Of a stretch of DNA of 64,000 nucleotides, positions 51,217 to 64,000 are shown piece after piece. Location of the stretch: positions 1 to 64,000 of the forward strand of contig RBZT01000146.1 of assembly GCA_003693705.1 (NCBI GenBank), in the 5' to 3' direction. The stretch comes from Polymyxa betae A26-41 (taxonomy: Eukaryota > Protista > Endomyxa: Phytomyxea). The notes beneath the pieces were generated by a model. It was not told the DNA's origin and made no database searches. It worked only from the letters and a program-made list of their open reading frames with translations. Positions within the stretch are counted from its first letter, which is position 1. Every line of letters starts with the position of its first letter. Made by a program: the position numbers and the translations under genes.

Positions 51217-52517
51217 CTACTTTTTAAACAGCTCTTCATACGAAGGCGGAGGGGGTAAATTATCAATCTCGTCGGTTGGCATGGGCGGCCTTGAACATGA
51301 TGCAGATGAGGCATTGCTGGCGTACATTGGCTGGCCTACAGGAGCAATATTGCTGGAATACATTGAGGAGCCTATTGGAGATGCATGGCTAGTAAATGAT
51401 GACTGGCTTATTGCAGTACTCGAGTATGACTGATTTCCTGGATAACCTCCTTTCTGAGCCACATAGCCCTGTTGGGAAGCCTGTCCTCCTATATAACCAA
51501 GCTGGGGGCTTATCACCTGATTAGCATAGCCTTGCTGGGAAGCTGACATCCCTAATTGAGCTGCTTGATACTGTGCTCCATAGCTTACAGCTGACGCCGG
51601 TTGGGCATTGCCAGCCCCATAGACGATTCCGGAATACACACCGGCCGATCGCTGAGGTTGCTGAGATTGTTGAGGTTGCTGCTGGTACTGCTGAGCTTGC
51701 TGAGGTTGTTTCGGGTATTGTTGAGGTTGCTGCTGGTATTGTTGAGGCTGTTGCTGATATTGCTGAGGTTGTTGATGGTATTGCTGAGTTTGTTGTTGGT
51801 ATTGTTGAGGTTGCTGCTGGTATTGCTGAGGGTTTCTAGCCGGATTTGAAGATGCTGTTGCAGATACAGAGACATTGAAAAATGAGAGCTGTCCAATCGG
51901 GCGGTTGAACAGCGAAGCCGTTGCAGGTTTTAGATCGACCTTGAACTTGCTGCTTTTTAACAACTCTTGAACATTGAACTGGCAATCACCGAGATGATCG
52001 GGATCTGTCCCTGATTCGCCATCAGAAAGGATTAGAAAAACCAACCGATGATGTACAAACCCTCATCGTAATCAAAGCACCTTAACAGAATGGGCCGGTT
52101 CCGGTCTCCATAGCATAAAGCATCAAGAGATATCGATAATCCAGTCCAAACTGGCTTCAAGGTTTTAAACTGAACTGGCGTTGAATGGACTTTAGTCCAT
52201 CCGTTTTGTTCTAATCTATAAAACTCCAGATACGGATCGGATTTGCCATTCTAAGAGCATAATTGAATGTCCAAGCTGACCCGATTATTCAGGAATTCTA
52301 CCCAATCCGCAGCCTTGAGCTTTTTAGCTATTGCAACTGTCATTAACTGATGGGAATAGTGTACAAAGTTGATACCTTTAATCGAAAGCTGTAGAACTTG
52401 GTTATTACTAATAGAAGGTTGTTGCTGTACAGTCCCTTGTACAACGGGAGCCTGTTGCTGAACAACGTAAGCCGATTGTGATTGTTGCTGCTGGTGTAAC
52501 TCTGAAGCCCTTTTCAC
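51217..52517 (-). CDS. Copine-type C2 domain protein with Q/Y-rich low-complexity tail and C-terminal PPSY motif (5' end uncertain)
   Basis: KKLKAADW|NGKSDPYLEFYR...TLKPVW...LCYGDRNRPILLRCFDYD; 21-nt QQYQQQP repeats near 51650-51830; ends PPPPSYEELFKK*. Confidence 0.8.
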
Positions 52518-52856
52518 CTGATTTAAGCGATGGATCTGTCCTGATAAACGAAGTGTTCAGTTTGTGATTCCCCCATAAAAACGGTGGAATACCAGGATAC
52601 ATCCGGTTAACAATCAAGACGAACGACAAGAACCTCCTAAACTACCTGTAAAGGGATCACAATTTTGTCAATAAGAATGTACGTAAGTATGTACAATAAA
52701 AGTCCGCATTCAGTCCCAGGTTTTCATGTCTAGAAATCGGGCGCGGCCAGCTACCGCCAAAAGAGAGTATTGTTTTTGTGAAACTACAGTATGATTTTCC
52801 AGAATGAGCAGAAGTACCGATAGATGAATAACAATGTATTGAGTGAAGCGATGAAT

Positions 52857-54637
52857 TTAAGGAGCGCAACGTCCAACGAACCGTGGGTATAAACAAGCCT
52901 CACGAATGTGATGCAAACCCATAATCCAGCAAAGGAAACGCTCCAATCCCAGTCCGAATCCACCATGGGGACAGGATCCATACTTGCGAAGATCATTGTA
53001 CCAGAAGTAGGGCGTCGGGTCCAACTTCTTTGCCTCATAGTTGCGCATGAGCAACTGAAGGTCCCAAACACGCATACTTCCACCAACGATTTCACCGACA
53101 CCAGGCATCAGCAAATCAACGCTCTGGGTCGCCCTTGGATCACTGTCGGCAGGTGGCATGTAGAAGGGCTTCTGTTCCACCGGGAATCCTAGGGACAAGT
53201 AAGAAAAAATTAGAAACGAAGCTATATCCATACCATGCATCAAGATCGGACGGCCGATCGTGTCACACATGCGCCTTTCAGGAGCTTCAGGAATATCATC
53301 ACCAAAAACGAATGGCTTCTGCGTCTCCTCGTTAATGACGCCATTTTCATTCAGCCAAACGATGGCGTCGGCATAGGACATGCGCAGAAACGGACGCTGA
53401 GGAGGCTTAAAGTCGGGGTTCATGGCCTCCAGCATTGGACCAGCACGGGCTGCAATCTGCTCAGACACTGTGCATACCATATCTTCAAGGAAAGCCAGCA
53501 TTTCATCAAATGTGAAAAAGGCCATTTCCTAATAAAACATCAGATCCTGATAAAAACTCGCCAATCTAGAAGCTGGAATGGAAACAGAAAGCGTGGTTTA
53601 AAATCAATGCGTACTCCTTCAACATGAGTGAATTCGGAAAGATGTCTCCTAGTACGAGACTGCTCTGCACGGTAAGATGGCAGGATACAGAAAACGCGAC
53701 CCATTGAGGGAATCGCCGTCTCCAAGTACAGTTGCGAGCTCTGAGTAAGGTAGGCTGGTTCGCCAAAATAGTCGACATTGAATAGATCCGATCCACCCTC
53801 AACCTAGCAACAATATGTAAGCAGCTTCAAAACGACAGATGATAGCATCATACTTCGGTTTGGACTAAAGTGGGAGGTGTCACCTCGAAGAAGTCCTGGC
53901 TGAAGAAGTATTCACGCATGCACTGAGTAGCAATGGAGCGGATCTTGAAAATGTTTCCGAATCGACTGGATCGCATGTCGAGGAACCGGTTGTCGAGCAA
54001 GACATCAGCTGGAAAAAATTATAAGCATTATCCCATTACGCAAAATAACAGCTTACGATGCGATTCCTTGTTGAATCGGTTCTCAAGGTCGACATCACTA
54101 CCTCCAATCAGAGACCAGTAATCTACCCTCAGCTCAACACCACCGGGTGCACGCTCATCAGCCATGATAGTTCCATAAACATGGATGGTCGCTTCGCGAG
54201 TCAGCTCTTTGTTGGCTGATTTAGTCTTAGCAAGATCACCGACCAACACCATTTGAAGGGGAGTCGAAGGTAATCCAGATCCATCTCTCAAAAACACAAA
54301 GATCATAGACCTGATTATAATGTCATTCCAAGTCTTCGGCAAATGTGACAGCGTTAGGATACCCTTGGTTACGACGGTTGTGAACCCATCCACGGGTTTG
54401 AATTCGCTGTCCAACAAAATCCTTGGCATCTTTGACGCGAATCATAGAAGGCTCGGGCAGGCTGGTGTCAAGCTCGACTTCAGGCATGTACTCAGGTTCA
54501 GATACCGGCTGCTGGGCGGCGGATTGAGCAGCGGCTTCACGAGCGGCAGCCTTGGCAGCTTTCTGGGCCTGAATTTTGGCCATTTTCTCCTCTTTCTTAC
54601 GCTGACTCTTGGACATGGTAGCGTCAGGGTCCGACAT
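52857..54637 (-). CDS. NARS: Asparaginyl-tRNA synthetase (cytosolic type)
   Basis: [69 protein letters not shown]. Confidence 0.95.
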
Positions 54638-54929
54638 TCTGGAGACCGACTAACGGAGACGACGATATGACAATGAGCTGTAGAACAACGGAAATTTTAC
54701 ACAGGGAGATGTGGACTTACGTCTATATTTAGATGGTTCGCCCCCTCATTGCTCTCCAATGTCATTATTGCGCGACCTTATTTCAGTTCCATCATCCATG
54801 CGAAACCTGGATATGTGGCAGTTTCTTATCAATTTGAACTGACACTTCAGCTTTTATAAAGCTAGAAGGAACTAGCAGCCTGTGTTAATAATGGTTTACT
54901 CATATATTTAATTTGATGACCTAATCTAC

Positions 54930-55817
54930 TTAATTGATTCGCATCGTTCGCTGGCTGTTCGGCTTAGTGAAGAACATGAATACCTGTTGCGGATGCTCGT
55001 AAACCGATTCCGACGAGAACCATTGCAGGAAGACTAAGACGCGAGTTTTCGGGTCATTAGCATCATCCAGATTGTTAGGCAGAACTCGGTTCTTGGCTTT
55101 CACTACAGCAAGCATATGACCATGGCTGAAAGATCCAGTAGCTTGCCATTCATGAGCGTCTTCATGGTCTTGATGAGCAACTGGGGCACTTGCATTTTGT
55201 CCTATTGGGCCCATGGCGCTTTGGGTAGGCATATCGTTTGGAGGTAAGATAGCCGGTGTCTGAACAACGGCTGGTTGAGGAGTAGCAGCTACTAGGATGT
55301 CAGACTGTGGTAATGTTGCAGCAGGTTGAGGAGTAGCAACTACTGGAATTCCAGTCTGTGAAAATGCAACAGGAACAGCAGCTGGTAATACAATGGGCGT
55401 TGGAGTAACAGCATTGTCTGGAACAGTTGCATTGGGGCCCAAAGTTCCAGGTGCAGACGTCATTGTGCTAGATGGCCCGGCCGTTGCTGGGGCTGACGTC
55501 GGTATGGTGGTAATAGGTTCTGATGTCGGAGCCGTGGAAGTGCTGGCCGACGTTGGCGCTGGAGTTGTGGCAGGAGCGCTAGTCGCCGCGGTAGCAGGAG
55601 GATTGGGGCTAGATGATGAGACTGCAGGAGCGCTGGTAAAAGCAGGGACAGGGTTGGAGGTTGGTGAAGCGAAGTAATCAGACACACGACAGTTGCCCAG
55701 CTCATCGTACGGGCTCAATGACAGCAATGGGATGACGATGGTCTGCCCTGACCGACAGACAGATATTTCTTGAGCTCTAGCCATGGCGATCACAACCAGA
55801 AGAACTAGCTTCAGCAT
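54930..55817 (-). CDS. Secreted Pro/Thr/Ala-rich mucin-like protein
   Basis: Signal peptide MLKLVLLVVIAMARA; small 2-Cys N-terminal segment; long PTA-rich stalk with VAATPQPA repeats. Confidence 0.75.
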   Translation of the reverse strand: MLKLVLLVVIAMARAQEISVCRSGQTIVIPLLSLSPYDELGNCRVSDYFASPTSNPVPAFTSAPAVSSSSPNPPATAATSAPATTPAPTSASTSTAPTSEPITTIPTSAPATAGPSSTMTSAPGTLGPNATVPDNAVTPTPIVLPAAVPVAFSQTGIPVVATPQPAATLPQSDILVAATPQPAVVQTPAILPPNDMPTQSAMGPIGQNASAPVAHQDHEDAHEWQATGSFSHGHMLAVVKAKNRVLPNNLDDANDPKTRVLVFLQWFSSESVYEHPQQVFMFFTKPNSQRTMRIN

Positions 55818-56101
55818 CGTGAATAAAACGATTGAGTAAATAAGTTAACAAAATTAGAGTGATGCCTACGTTGGCAGTCTGACGTTGACTTTGACCATGA
55901 TTCAACGCAGAGATTCGTAACCGTTGACTCATTTCGTCTTTTCTAGCTAGGGTACCGGCAACAGTCAACCAATATCTAAATTATTTCTATGTTAAGGAGA
56001 TGATAAATCCTCTGCTAAAGAATCACATTGCTAGCCCACTAATAGCATAAATTAAGATTGTTCATACAATAATGCAACGTTTGAAGAACCTAGACGGTAG
56101 A

Positions 56102-56605
56102 TCAACGGCGGTCAACAGCGAAATTCCTTGTAGCAGCTGGTAAGCGAATCCGGATGCCATTCATATCAGGCGTAACACGAACTTGACATCCTAAACGAGA
56201 CGTCTCTGATAATCCATACGCCATGTCCAACCTAATATATTCGTCAATTAGTGAGGTAGCAGGCCGAAGACGGAATCTAAGCGACATGTCGTTCTCTTCG
56301 TCGGAAGGCTCTGGTAGACGATCATAAACGTCGCGCTCCAAGATTACATGACAGGTCGAACAAGCTAGCGAACATTCGCAAGCGCCCTCGAGATCAATAT
56401 TGTTCTCATGGGCAGCTTCGAGAAGGTTGGCGCCAACGCGAAGACGAGTTTTTATCTCTTCTCCGCTGGGCTCAATCCAGGTGGCCTCAATCCTGTCATA
56501 AAGCTCGCTGAGAGTAGGCCCCGAGACCGGCGTGGACGAATACGTTTGAGCGGCATTCGACGCGAGACGACGCCTGAAGAGGATCCGAGAGACAGAACGA
56601 ATCAT
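56102..56605 (-). CDS. Mitochondrial adrenodoxin-type [2Fe-2S] ferredoxin
   Basis: Transit-peptide-like N-terminus; EGACECSLACSTCHV, EENDM|LD and SRLGCQ; one in-frame 54-nt intron. Confidence 0.93.
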   Translation of the reverse strand: MIRSVSRILFRRRLASNAAQTYSSTPVSGPTLSELYDRIEATWIEPSGEEIKTRLRVGANLLEAAHENNIDLEGACECSLACSTCHVILERDVYDRLPEPSDEENDMSLRFRLRPATSLIDEYIRLDMAYGLSETSRLGCQVRVTPDMNGIRIRLPAATRNFAVDRR

Positions 56606-56979
56606 TGTATGTCAAGTGCACAAGACAAGCAGGGAACTGAAACGGTCTTCAGATACACCTGTTAATCGTGTCACTGATTTCACAATGATGATTGATGACA
56701 GCACTCAAAATGTCATAAACTTTGAATCCGCGGTCCGCGCACAATTTTTAATTGACACTTTTTTTCCAAATTTTTTTCATGAGCGTGTTTTACAATGCAG
56801 AATTGCTTGCCACAAAATTATTTTTAATGCAAGGTTCAGAGACAAGACAAATCGACAACAACGATTCGTCCACGCCTCTACCAACTGTCCTTACAAAAGA
56901 GAGCTGTGTTATATAAGTTACCGGACACAAGCTTCTTTGAGCTTATGTTCTATCAAGCTGAAACCGTTAGATAGACATC

Positions 56980-58678
56980 ATTAGTCCGTCCTTGGCCGAC
57001 TTCATTCCATCTCAAAGTTGAGGTCATCATATCCAGACAGGCGCGACCGAGAGCCAACCAATCCGTATGGAACGAATGATGTTTGGTAGGGCGAGCAAGT
57101 TGATCGACGTATTGCGTCGTTCCGATACCAACTTGTCAATAAACTATTGCTTGGAACACAGCCCTCTTACTCATTTCCGGCCGTCTTGGCAGAACACATG
57201 ACATTCGCTGGACGGATATCCCGATGAAGAATCGGCTGCGACAGCAGGTAACCAGTGCTTCGATCGCATCGTTCATGAACTTTAAATGCTGGGAGAAATG
57301 ATCACTGCGAATTCAGGAATAACATTAGCAAATGTGCAATAACCAGAATCGCAACGCCACTTTCTGGTTCGAATTCGAACCGCAATATCGGAACGAGGCG
57401 ATCGTCGGCTAAAAGACGCCTCATCGCGAATTCGTTTGATGCTGAAGGACGCCTTGAGCACTTGAGGACCGAAATGCCACCATGACAGCAATGCAATGAT
57501 AATGAGCTGTTTTCGGTTGTATATCTCCTCATTAGCCGGTACAGATCCGATATGATGATTTCGCCTTAGATCCAGTCTGATAGGTTTCGAAAGGTGCTGC
57601 TGTGCAACCGAAGTTGCCGTTGCAGACGTGTTCCTGCCTTCACTGGAAACTGTTCATTGAGAATGCAGTTAGTCGAAATCACGGCCAACCAACTAGTGGC
57701 AGGATCTGTGGAGCTGCATACTGCCTTTCTGTCCTCTCCATTGGTGTGTCATGCTGCTGACCAGATCAGGAAAGAACAGTGAGTGGTCGAATACACAGAA
57801 TGATAGGAATGGTGATTATTGCAGTGGGACGATTTATACACAGACCAGATGAGTGATGCAGTTCAATAAGAGATGAAGCTTGCAACTGTCAAAATCGGCT
57901 GCGTGTAAAATTTCTTTTCAGGAAAAGAAAGAAGGCCGTGTGGGCTTTGAGAATGCATGCAACAGACTTGATTCAACGAATGTTAAGCGACGTCAGTTAT
58001 CGGCCCGAATCGTGTCTGCAGTCGTGCTGTAAATAAAGATGGCAAAGGACTGATGGGATATCTGGCGCAGCTCGAAACAACAAACGAATGACCCATTCTG
58101 GCACTTTGATTAAAGCAAATGGTATAACCAAAGGTCAATGACCTTGTTTCGCGACTAACGAAAGTGATTCTTGGAAGACGCGGTTTGATTTATCATTTGA
58201 AATCAGCGCTCTGTACATGGATATTTACTGAACCAATTTTTGTTTGCATTCTTTATGTCTAAAAAAGTGAAGAATGCTGACTGCAAATGGCCAACAGGAG
58301 CGTCTTCTATCGAAAATTGATAAATTCCAGCAAGCTGGGAGTGCAAGCAGAGAACATCTCTCCATCCACGCCTGACAGATGGAATCTGTTTGCTTCACTC
58401 TCAAAAACATTCTGTGCAGAATTTAAGCCATTAAGTATCGATAAAAGCAGGATTATTTAACAGATGATTCGGGTAGGATTCAGTATTTTGTGCAGCTGCG
58501 AATGGAATTCGACTGAGCCTACAGCGCAACTGGGACTCATGATTTTACAGCTGATATCGAAAAGCAATAAAGCACGGGATGTAACTGGTATCTGTACCGT
58601 CTTCCGGCTTGAGATCCCGACGGAAACCAAATAAGCAATATGAAGGAGAAATTGAGACCAACAGGACATTGAAAGCAC
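56980..58678 (-). CDS. Hypothetical multi-exon protein
   Basis: Coding-like segments separated by short GT-AG introns. No family recognised. Confidence 0.35.
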
Positions 58679-58810
58679 GAAAAATAAAAATAACGAGAAA
58701 ATTTTTCAAAATTATGCGCGATCAGCGGAGTCCGTGATGGGAATCTGAAAGCAGTTCCAGGCTAAGAACTGAGATCGGCTGCCCTACATTAGCTTGAAGA
58801 TTTTCATTCA

Positions 58811-59497
58811 ATGGGGAAAGCTCGCAAAACGAGGAAGTTCGCTCAAGTCAAACGTCTTCTGAACCCCAACGATGCCCGCCTGAAGGCCAATGCGGCCAAG
58901 CAAGAAACCGAATTAAAAAAGAAGAAAGAAAGTACGGTTAGAAAAGTCGAGCAGACGACTCGAGCTTTGTTCTTCAGCTACAACACAGCTTTAGGTACAA
59001 TTTGTTTATCGTCATTCAAGATTCGTATTCAACATCATTAATAGGCCCTCCTTATCACATTCTGATTGATACCAACTTTATCAATGCATCCATCCAGAAC
59101 CGTCTAGATATTGTGAAGGGCATGATGGATTGTTTGCTGGCCAAATGCACCCCTTACATCACCGATTGTGTTATGGGAGAATTGGAGAAGCTCGGTCCGA
59201 AATACCGCCTTGCCTTAAGGTCAGATTTTTAACTTCTCTTATTGAATTTTCTCATGTTCGTGCAGAATCGCTAAAGATTCACGCTTTAAGCGTCTCCCTT
59301 GTCAGCACAAGGGAACTTATGCAGATGATTGTCTTGTCTCTCGAGCGGAGCAGCATAAATGCTATATTGTTGCTACTTGTGATAAGGATTTGAAAAGGCG
59401 CTTAAGAAAGGTGCCAGGTGTCCCTATCATGTACATTCAGGCTCATAAATATTCGATCGAGAGGTTGCCCGATGCTCTCAATGCTCCGAATTTCTAA
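58811..59497 (+). CDS. FCF1: rRNA-processing PIN-domain protein FCF1/UTP24
   Basis: [60 protein letters not shown]. Confidence 0.96.
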
Positions 59498-59659
59498 ATC
59501 GATTTATGTCGTCATAGTATTTATAAATCTATTTCGCTTTACAAACTGTTTCCCATCTTATATAGCAAAAGCATCGAATTTTAGAATTCCATCTTAAACA
59601 AGAGTGCTCAAGTTTATTATTAACAACTGAAGAAGAATAAATACCTTCGCCAATGCTTT

Positions 59660-62292
59660 TTATTTCTTCAAGGGGTTCAGGCTGGCAGCCATAATAGCAG
59701 CGACGAATGTCATAATCTGCAAAGTATAAATTTTTCCGGTGCCAATACGAAGTAAGAAACGTACCATCTTGTCTTTAATTTCAACGATGTCTTCAGGCAA
59801 AAGGAAGATGATACTTCCGATCTTACGAGCAACAGATATGGCATATCGAGCATTGAGAAGCTGATCGTCTTTCGTCTGCGCAGGAGTAACAAGCTATCAA
59901 AACAACTTAGTAAAAAGAAGACATTAGTGACCTCGGGTCTCACCTCCCAGTTGATGATGCGGTTCTCAACAGCATACAACAGATCGAAAAAGAACTCGGA
60001 CGTTTTTAGGGACGGGTCCTTGAATGATTGCATGCGAGTTGACCTAGCAGCATTGGCAACCTGAATGATCATTTGTTTGAGTAAACGCAACGCGGATTGT
60101 AATGATCAAACCTTATCATTGGCCCATTGAATGATCTTCTCGTCGGACATGACAACGCCGCCTCCAAGTTGCGTTAAGAATTTAATGATATGGCGACGCA
60201 TCAGTTGCCTGATCATGAGCTGTCTTAGAGCAAATTCGTACATAAAAAAAGGGGACACATACCAGGTGAGGGCCAGAACAAGTTTCCTGTTTCCATCAAC
60301 GATATCCGTTCCGCCAATACCGACCAAGCTGAATTTCAATTGCTTCCCAAGCACAATTACATAGTTCGCATTGCTGATCCGCTTAAACCTTGGATGCAAT
60401 ATGAGCATACGCTTATTCTCTGGCAGCATAGCACACTCACTTGTTACTTGGCTTTTTCTCAACCTTGCTCCAATCCACAATTCCGGGTTCAATGTGGTCA
60501 ATCACTAAGACAGAGAATGGATATGAATGGATTATAATCGTTGAACAGCTACCTTTAAGAAGGACGAGACCATCCTTGCAATCCTCGTAAAGAGCGTTTA
60601 CGTAGACTTCGTGCAGGCCGAGAGTATTAATCCACATTCGGAAAGCTATAGTTATTTTCAGTGAAAACAGAGCAGAAAATGACACAGAATCAAACCTCTT
60701 TCTTCTCGGCTGTCACCAAAGTCGTCATCCATCATTCCTGCTAACTCCATTGCCTGCAAATGTGCTTTAGAAACCGCGACTTAAGTTCGAACAACAACAA
60801 GACCTCTTCCTCAGTCAGAGGGTCCAATCCTGGGCAAGTGTTGAAAATTGAGGCAGTAAACGCCAAGTTTAATCGAGCATTGCCCTTAACAATGTCTCGA
60901 GCCTATGTCATATGTTAGTTCGACAATTATCCAGAACATTATGGTAATATGAGTTGAGTGGCACAGAACCTGAATGAAAGCATGAATGTCAAGCTTCTCT
61001 GCATTGCGAAGGACTCGGTCGGCTCTCTTGGTTAGATCCTTTTCTTCCAGCGCCGATTTGTCACAGCGTTGAGGTGCGATTTGATTGAGCAAGACTGTGT
61101 ACGCTTCAGAGTCCTAGACAATGTTATAAGACATGCAACAAATGTTATGGAACAATATCAAACCTTCACATCAGTAGCGAAGTTCGTGATGCGTTTAGAA
61201 AAGCCAGCGTTTTTTAGATGGTAGTTGAACCAACGAATCAAAAGTTGATCGGGAGGAAGTTTCAACAAATCAGCAAGCTCTTCGCCCTCTTCAAGCAGAC
61301 GAACCAGCTCTGGATGGTTCTTCAGGTTGATCGTGTTCAAGAGTTGCAATTTGACTAAATGCGCTTCAGCTATCAACCGCTAGCGATATCAGAATCAGCG
61401 TTACCGAGCTGCCACACCAGACCAAGAACAAGATGCGGGTGCTTATCACCGCTAGCAAGCTCACTGGCTCCCAAGTTCACTGTCTGGATACCAATAGCTT
61501 TAGCTGAAGCAATCACCAAGTTAAGGTTCTCATTGATCTGTTCATAGACTGCTCAGGTACAGCTCTTCAAAGATGACCCATGATCTAACCTGGAACAGAG
61601 AAAGAGGTTTGTTGTTCTTTTGAAGGTTCAGAGCACGAACATCAATGGTGTCTTTGACAGCTTTGTTAATGAATTTTGAAAGAAGAACACCATCGTTGAC
61701 TTTCTTCGCCAGCTCCTGGCCGTTAACATCGATGGGCAACAGATATCTGTTTAAAGTTTAGAATCATCGATCCGTTTGAGATCCGTCGTACTTGAGATCT
61801 GAGTCCTCTCCAAGAACCTGGTTGATATGTAAAGCGAAAGCAGTCATTTCTTCTTGTGAGAACGAGTGAACACCACCTGCATGGCCTTGAACTTGAATCA
61901 GCTCTTTCTGCTTCTCATAAACCTAATGAAATTTCAGTTTCAAGCAGATATGAGCGAACTCCATTTGATCAACCTTGGCAAAGCCAGCAGCACCAGCTGT
62001 TTTCCCTGTCCGAATCGAAGAAATGATAGCCAGAAACTCATTGAATTCGATAGTTCCAGATCTATCAGTATCAACCTAGATCCAGCATTGGATTAGAGCT
62101 TCGTCAACGTTTAAGTAAAAGCCCAACTTCGGAGATCAATGTCTTCAGCTGAGAAGCATCCTTGAACTCGTTGAGATTTCGGAGGACAGTCTCAAGCTCA
62201 AGAACGTCAATAGAGCCGTTGCCGTTTGTGTCGAATGACGCAAACTCATGGTGGAATTGTTGTAGCTCTGCAGGGGAGAAGGTGAGAGCCAT
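59660..62292 (-). CDS. Fimbrin/plastin (EF-hands + four CH domains)
   Basis: EF-hand DTNGNGSID; [58 protein letters not shown]. Confidence 0.95.
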
Positions 62293-63248
62293 GACTGTGA
62301 TAGACAGAATCAGAAATGAGCGAGTCTCCACCGAAGCACACGATCTTTACGGCAAGACGCGTGCTTCTTAGAATATCTACCATGATTCAAGATGGATGCA
62401 GACAACGGCGCCATCTGACTGAAAAATCTGCCTGAGTCCAAAAGAAGAAGAAGTGTGTAAGCTCTTGTAATACGAGGGAACCAAGAATCGCCAAACGCGT
62501 ATTATCTTGTTACATACAGTATGAGCATGAGATGGTGGAAGGCTGCACCGCAGATTGGGATTCCGTCGTGCTCTTTTGTCACTCACATTGACTATCAGCA
62601 TCGCAGTACTCGATTCTATTGGTAGGTTGGGTTTCGAGCTTCAGGCAACGATAACGGTGTATTGGGGCATCTGTGTGCCTGGCCCGTTTCGAATGGAGTA
62701 ATCCAAACCGATCATCTATAAGCAAACAAACAAGAATAGCATCCTTTCATGTTAAGCGAGCAAAAATCGCGTTTCTCAGAGATACATCCGACATAAATAG
62801 GTCAATTATTCGGTGATATTTAGAAATGAGAGTAGAGTAGGAAAGGCTTTTTTACTGTGTGAATGAACGAGCCGGGTTTTATCAGCAAACCAGACAGTCT
62901 GTAAGCAATATGGTTAACGTTGCGAATCCTTGCGGCTATCTATACAGTATGTTGACTCCTCGACCAACAATTACCTTCCGCGATTCTAAAAAGAGAGTAT
63001 ATCAAGTTAAAGTGGCTTTTTAAACATCTCGAAGTCGAGTCGAGTCGTTTGTTGACTTTGTTCGGCCTCACACTTGTTGATTGGCTTTCGTTTTTTTAAA
63101 TCTTCCGAAATCCACTGTACAGGGTAGGGCACAGCCACCGACGCTATTTATAGTTCTGAATGTTTCTCGGATTGCGTTGACCTTATCAGAAGGCCGAAGC
63201 GAAGGCCGCCCGTAGTCGTACGTTCAGGTCACATTGTTTGAGCACATG

Positions 63249-64000
63249 TTACAAATTCGTAACATTACTCCTCTCATTGTCTGGCTGTTTCTGTGTCTTC
63301 ATTGTATACAAACTTGTGATGCTGTATATCACTTGAGGCCCGCCTTCATTAGCGAAAGAGCTGTCGATCAATTACGGGCGTTCTCAAAGGTTATCAACGG
63401 ATTGCCTTCGGGGCCGCTGACTATTTCGACATTACATCCTGTAGCGAGATCTGGATTGCCTGAGATAATCTCGCTTCTATCGTTAAATAACGACAATGTC
63501 GGATGGACTGTCTGTTAACTATACTTTTCTGAGAATCGGTAAAATAGGATTGTCTGGAGCGCATTCGTCGTAAACCATTACGAAGGCGTCTTGAGCTGTT
63601 GCGAATTGCCGATTATTTAGATATGAGTATAGCTCCACCAGGCCGGCGCTCATTTCTGGAGCTTATAAGCGATATGTATGTGAGAACCTTAACAAAGTCA
63701 ATGAAAGGTGTCGGAAGTCTTTTGAGGTACCGGCGCCAACGAGAAATCGAAGACGAAGAATACCTATTTTCTGTGATTGCAAACGCACTGCCCAGCAGCG
63801 CGCTTTCATCGCCGTCATCTTGCGAATCATGTGTGGAATTACTGCCTTATCTTACAAGGGAATCCATTGATCGCATCTACCCACAAGCTCTTGCATTAGC
63901 CAGGTGTGTGAAGTTTCTGCTGTACTTTAACAGCGGTCTTCTATTACACGAGTTTTTCCTATTAATGTGCATTTAGAAGTGTCAAAAATCGCAAATCGTC
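63249..64000 (+). CDS. Hypothetical secreted protein, runs off window end
   Basis: Signal-peptide-like start MLQIRNITPLIVWLFLCLHCIQTCDA followed by further exons. Confidence 0.5.

Noticed and set aside
51573-51896. Antisense and alternative-frame ORFs with Leu/Val or Asn/Ser repeats
   Set aside because: Shadows of the 21-nt Gln-rich coding repeat.
54310-54362. AsnRS intron beginning GTATCCT as a U12 intron
   Set aside because: Donor is GTATCCTA rather than GTATCCTT, and no TCCTTAAC-like branch site lies near the acceptor.
13853-60501. Several stop-free 3n introns (Ras, Rab5, AsnRS, ferredoxin, fimbrin)
   Set aside because: With this many ~50-nt introns a handful are expected by chance; a genome-wide count would be needed.
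5586-62292. Stop-codon reassignment suggested by fragmented ORFs
   Set aside because: In the conserved genes I checked, breaks are explained by short introns, and TAA, TAG and TGA all serve as terminators.
1-64000. tRNA, rRNA or snRNA genes
   Set aside because: No cloverleaf, rRNA or U-snRNA signature was recognised by eye; GTTCGA hits lay in probable coding regions.

Overview
A gene-dense eukaryotic nuclear region with short (~45-65 nt) GT-AG spliceosomal introns, weak donor consensus and, by eye, roughly 40-45% GC. The gene set and TTTTAGGG/TTAGGG-like motifs suggest a protist, possibly a phytomyxid (plasmodiophorid) rhizarian; this is inference only. About 30 protein-coding genes are supported. 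They include Raptor, Ras, Rab5, TDP1, SFT2, eIF4E, an FKBP, Arg- and Asn-tRNA synthetases, a PH-CRIB-STE20 kinase, an S28 carboxypeptidase, adrenodoxin-type ferredoxin, FCF1/UTP24, fimbrin and several secreted or GPI-type proteins. There are three transposon-rich islands: 1-3.2 kb (chromodomain tail, hAT remnant, PIF/Harbinger), ~20-26.2 kb (LINE, Copia, two solo LTRs with TSDs) and ~28.8-30.1 kb (Gypsy gag-protease remnant). Two observations stand out. (1) A 3-exon, 658-aa gene (3353-5440, minus) fuses a fimbrin-type tandem calponin-homology actin-binding module to an SLC25 mitochondrial-carrier domain whose salt-bridge signature is lost in all three repeats; it is a candidate actin-organelle tether. 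(2) A highly structured RNA with a consensus kink-turn and a possible kissing loop lies upstream of the LINE ORFs and is split by a solo LTR. Exon boundaries were worked out by hand and no database searches were run.
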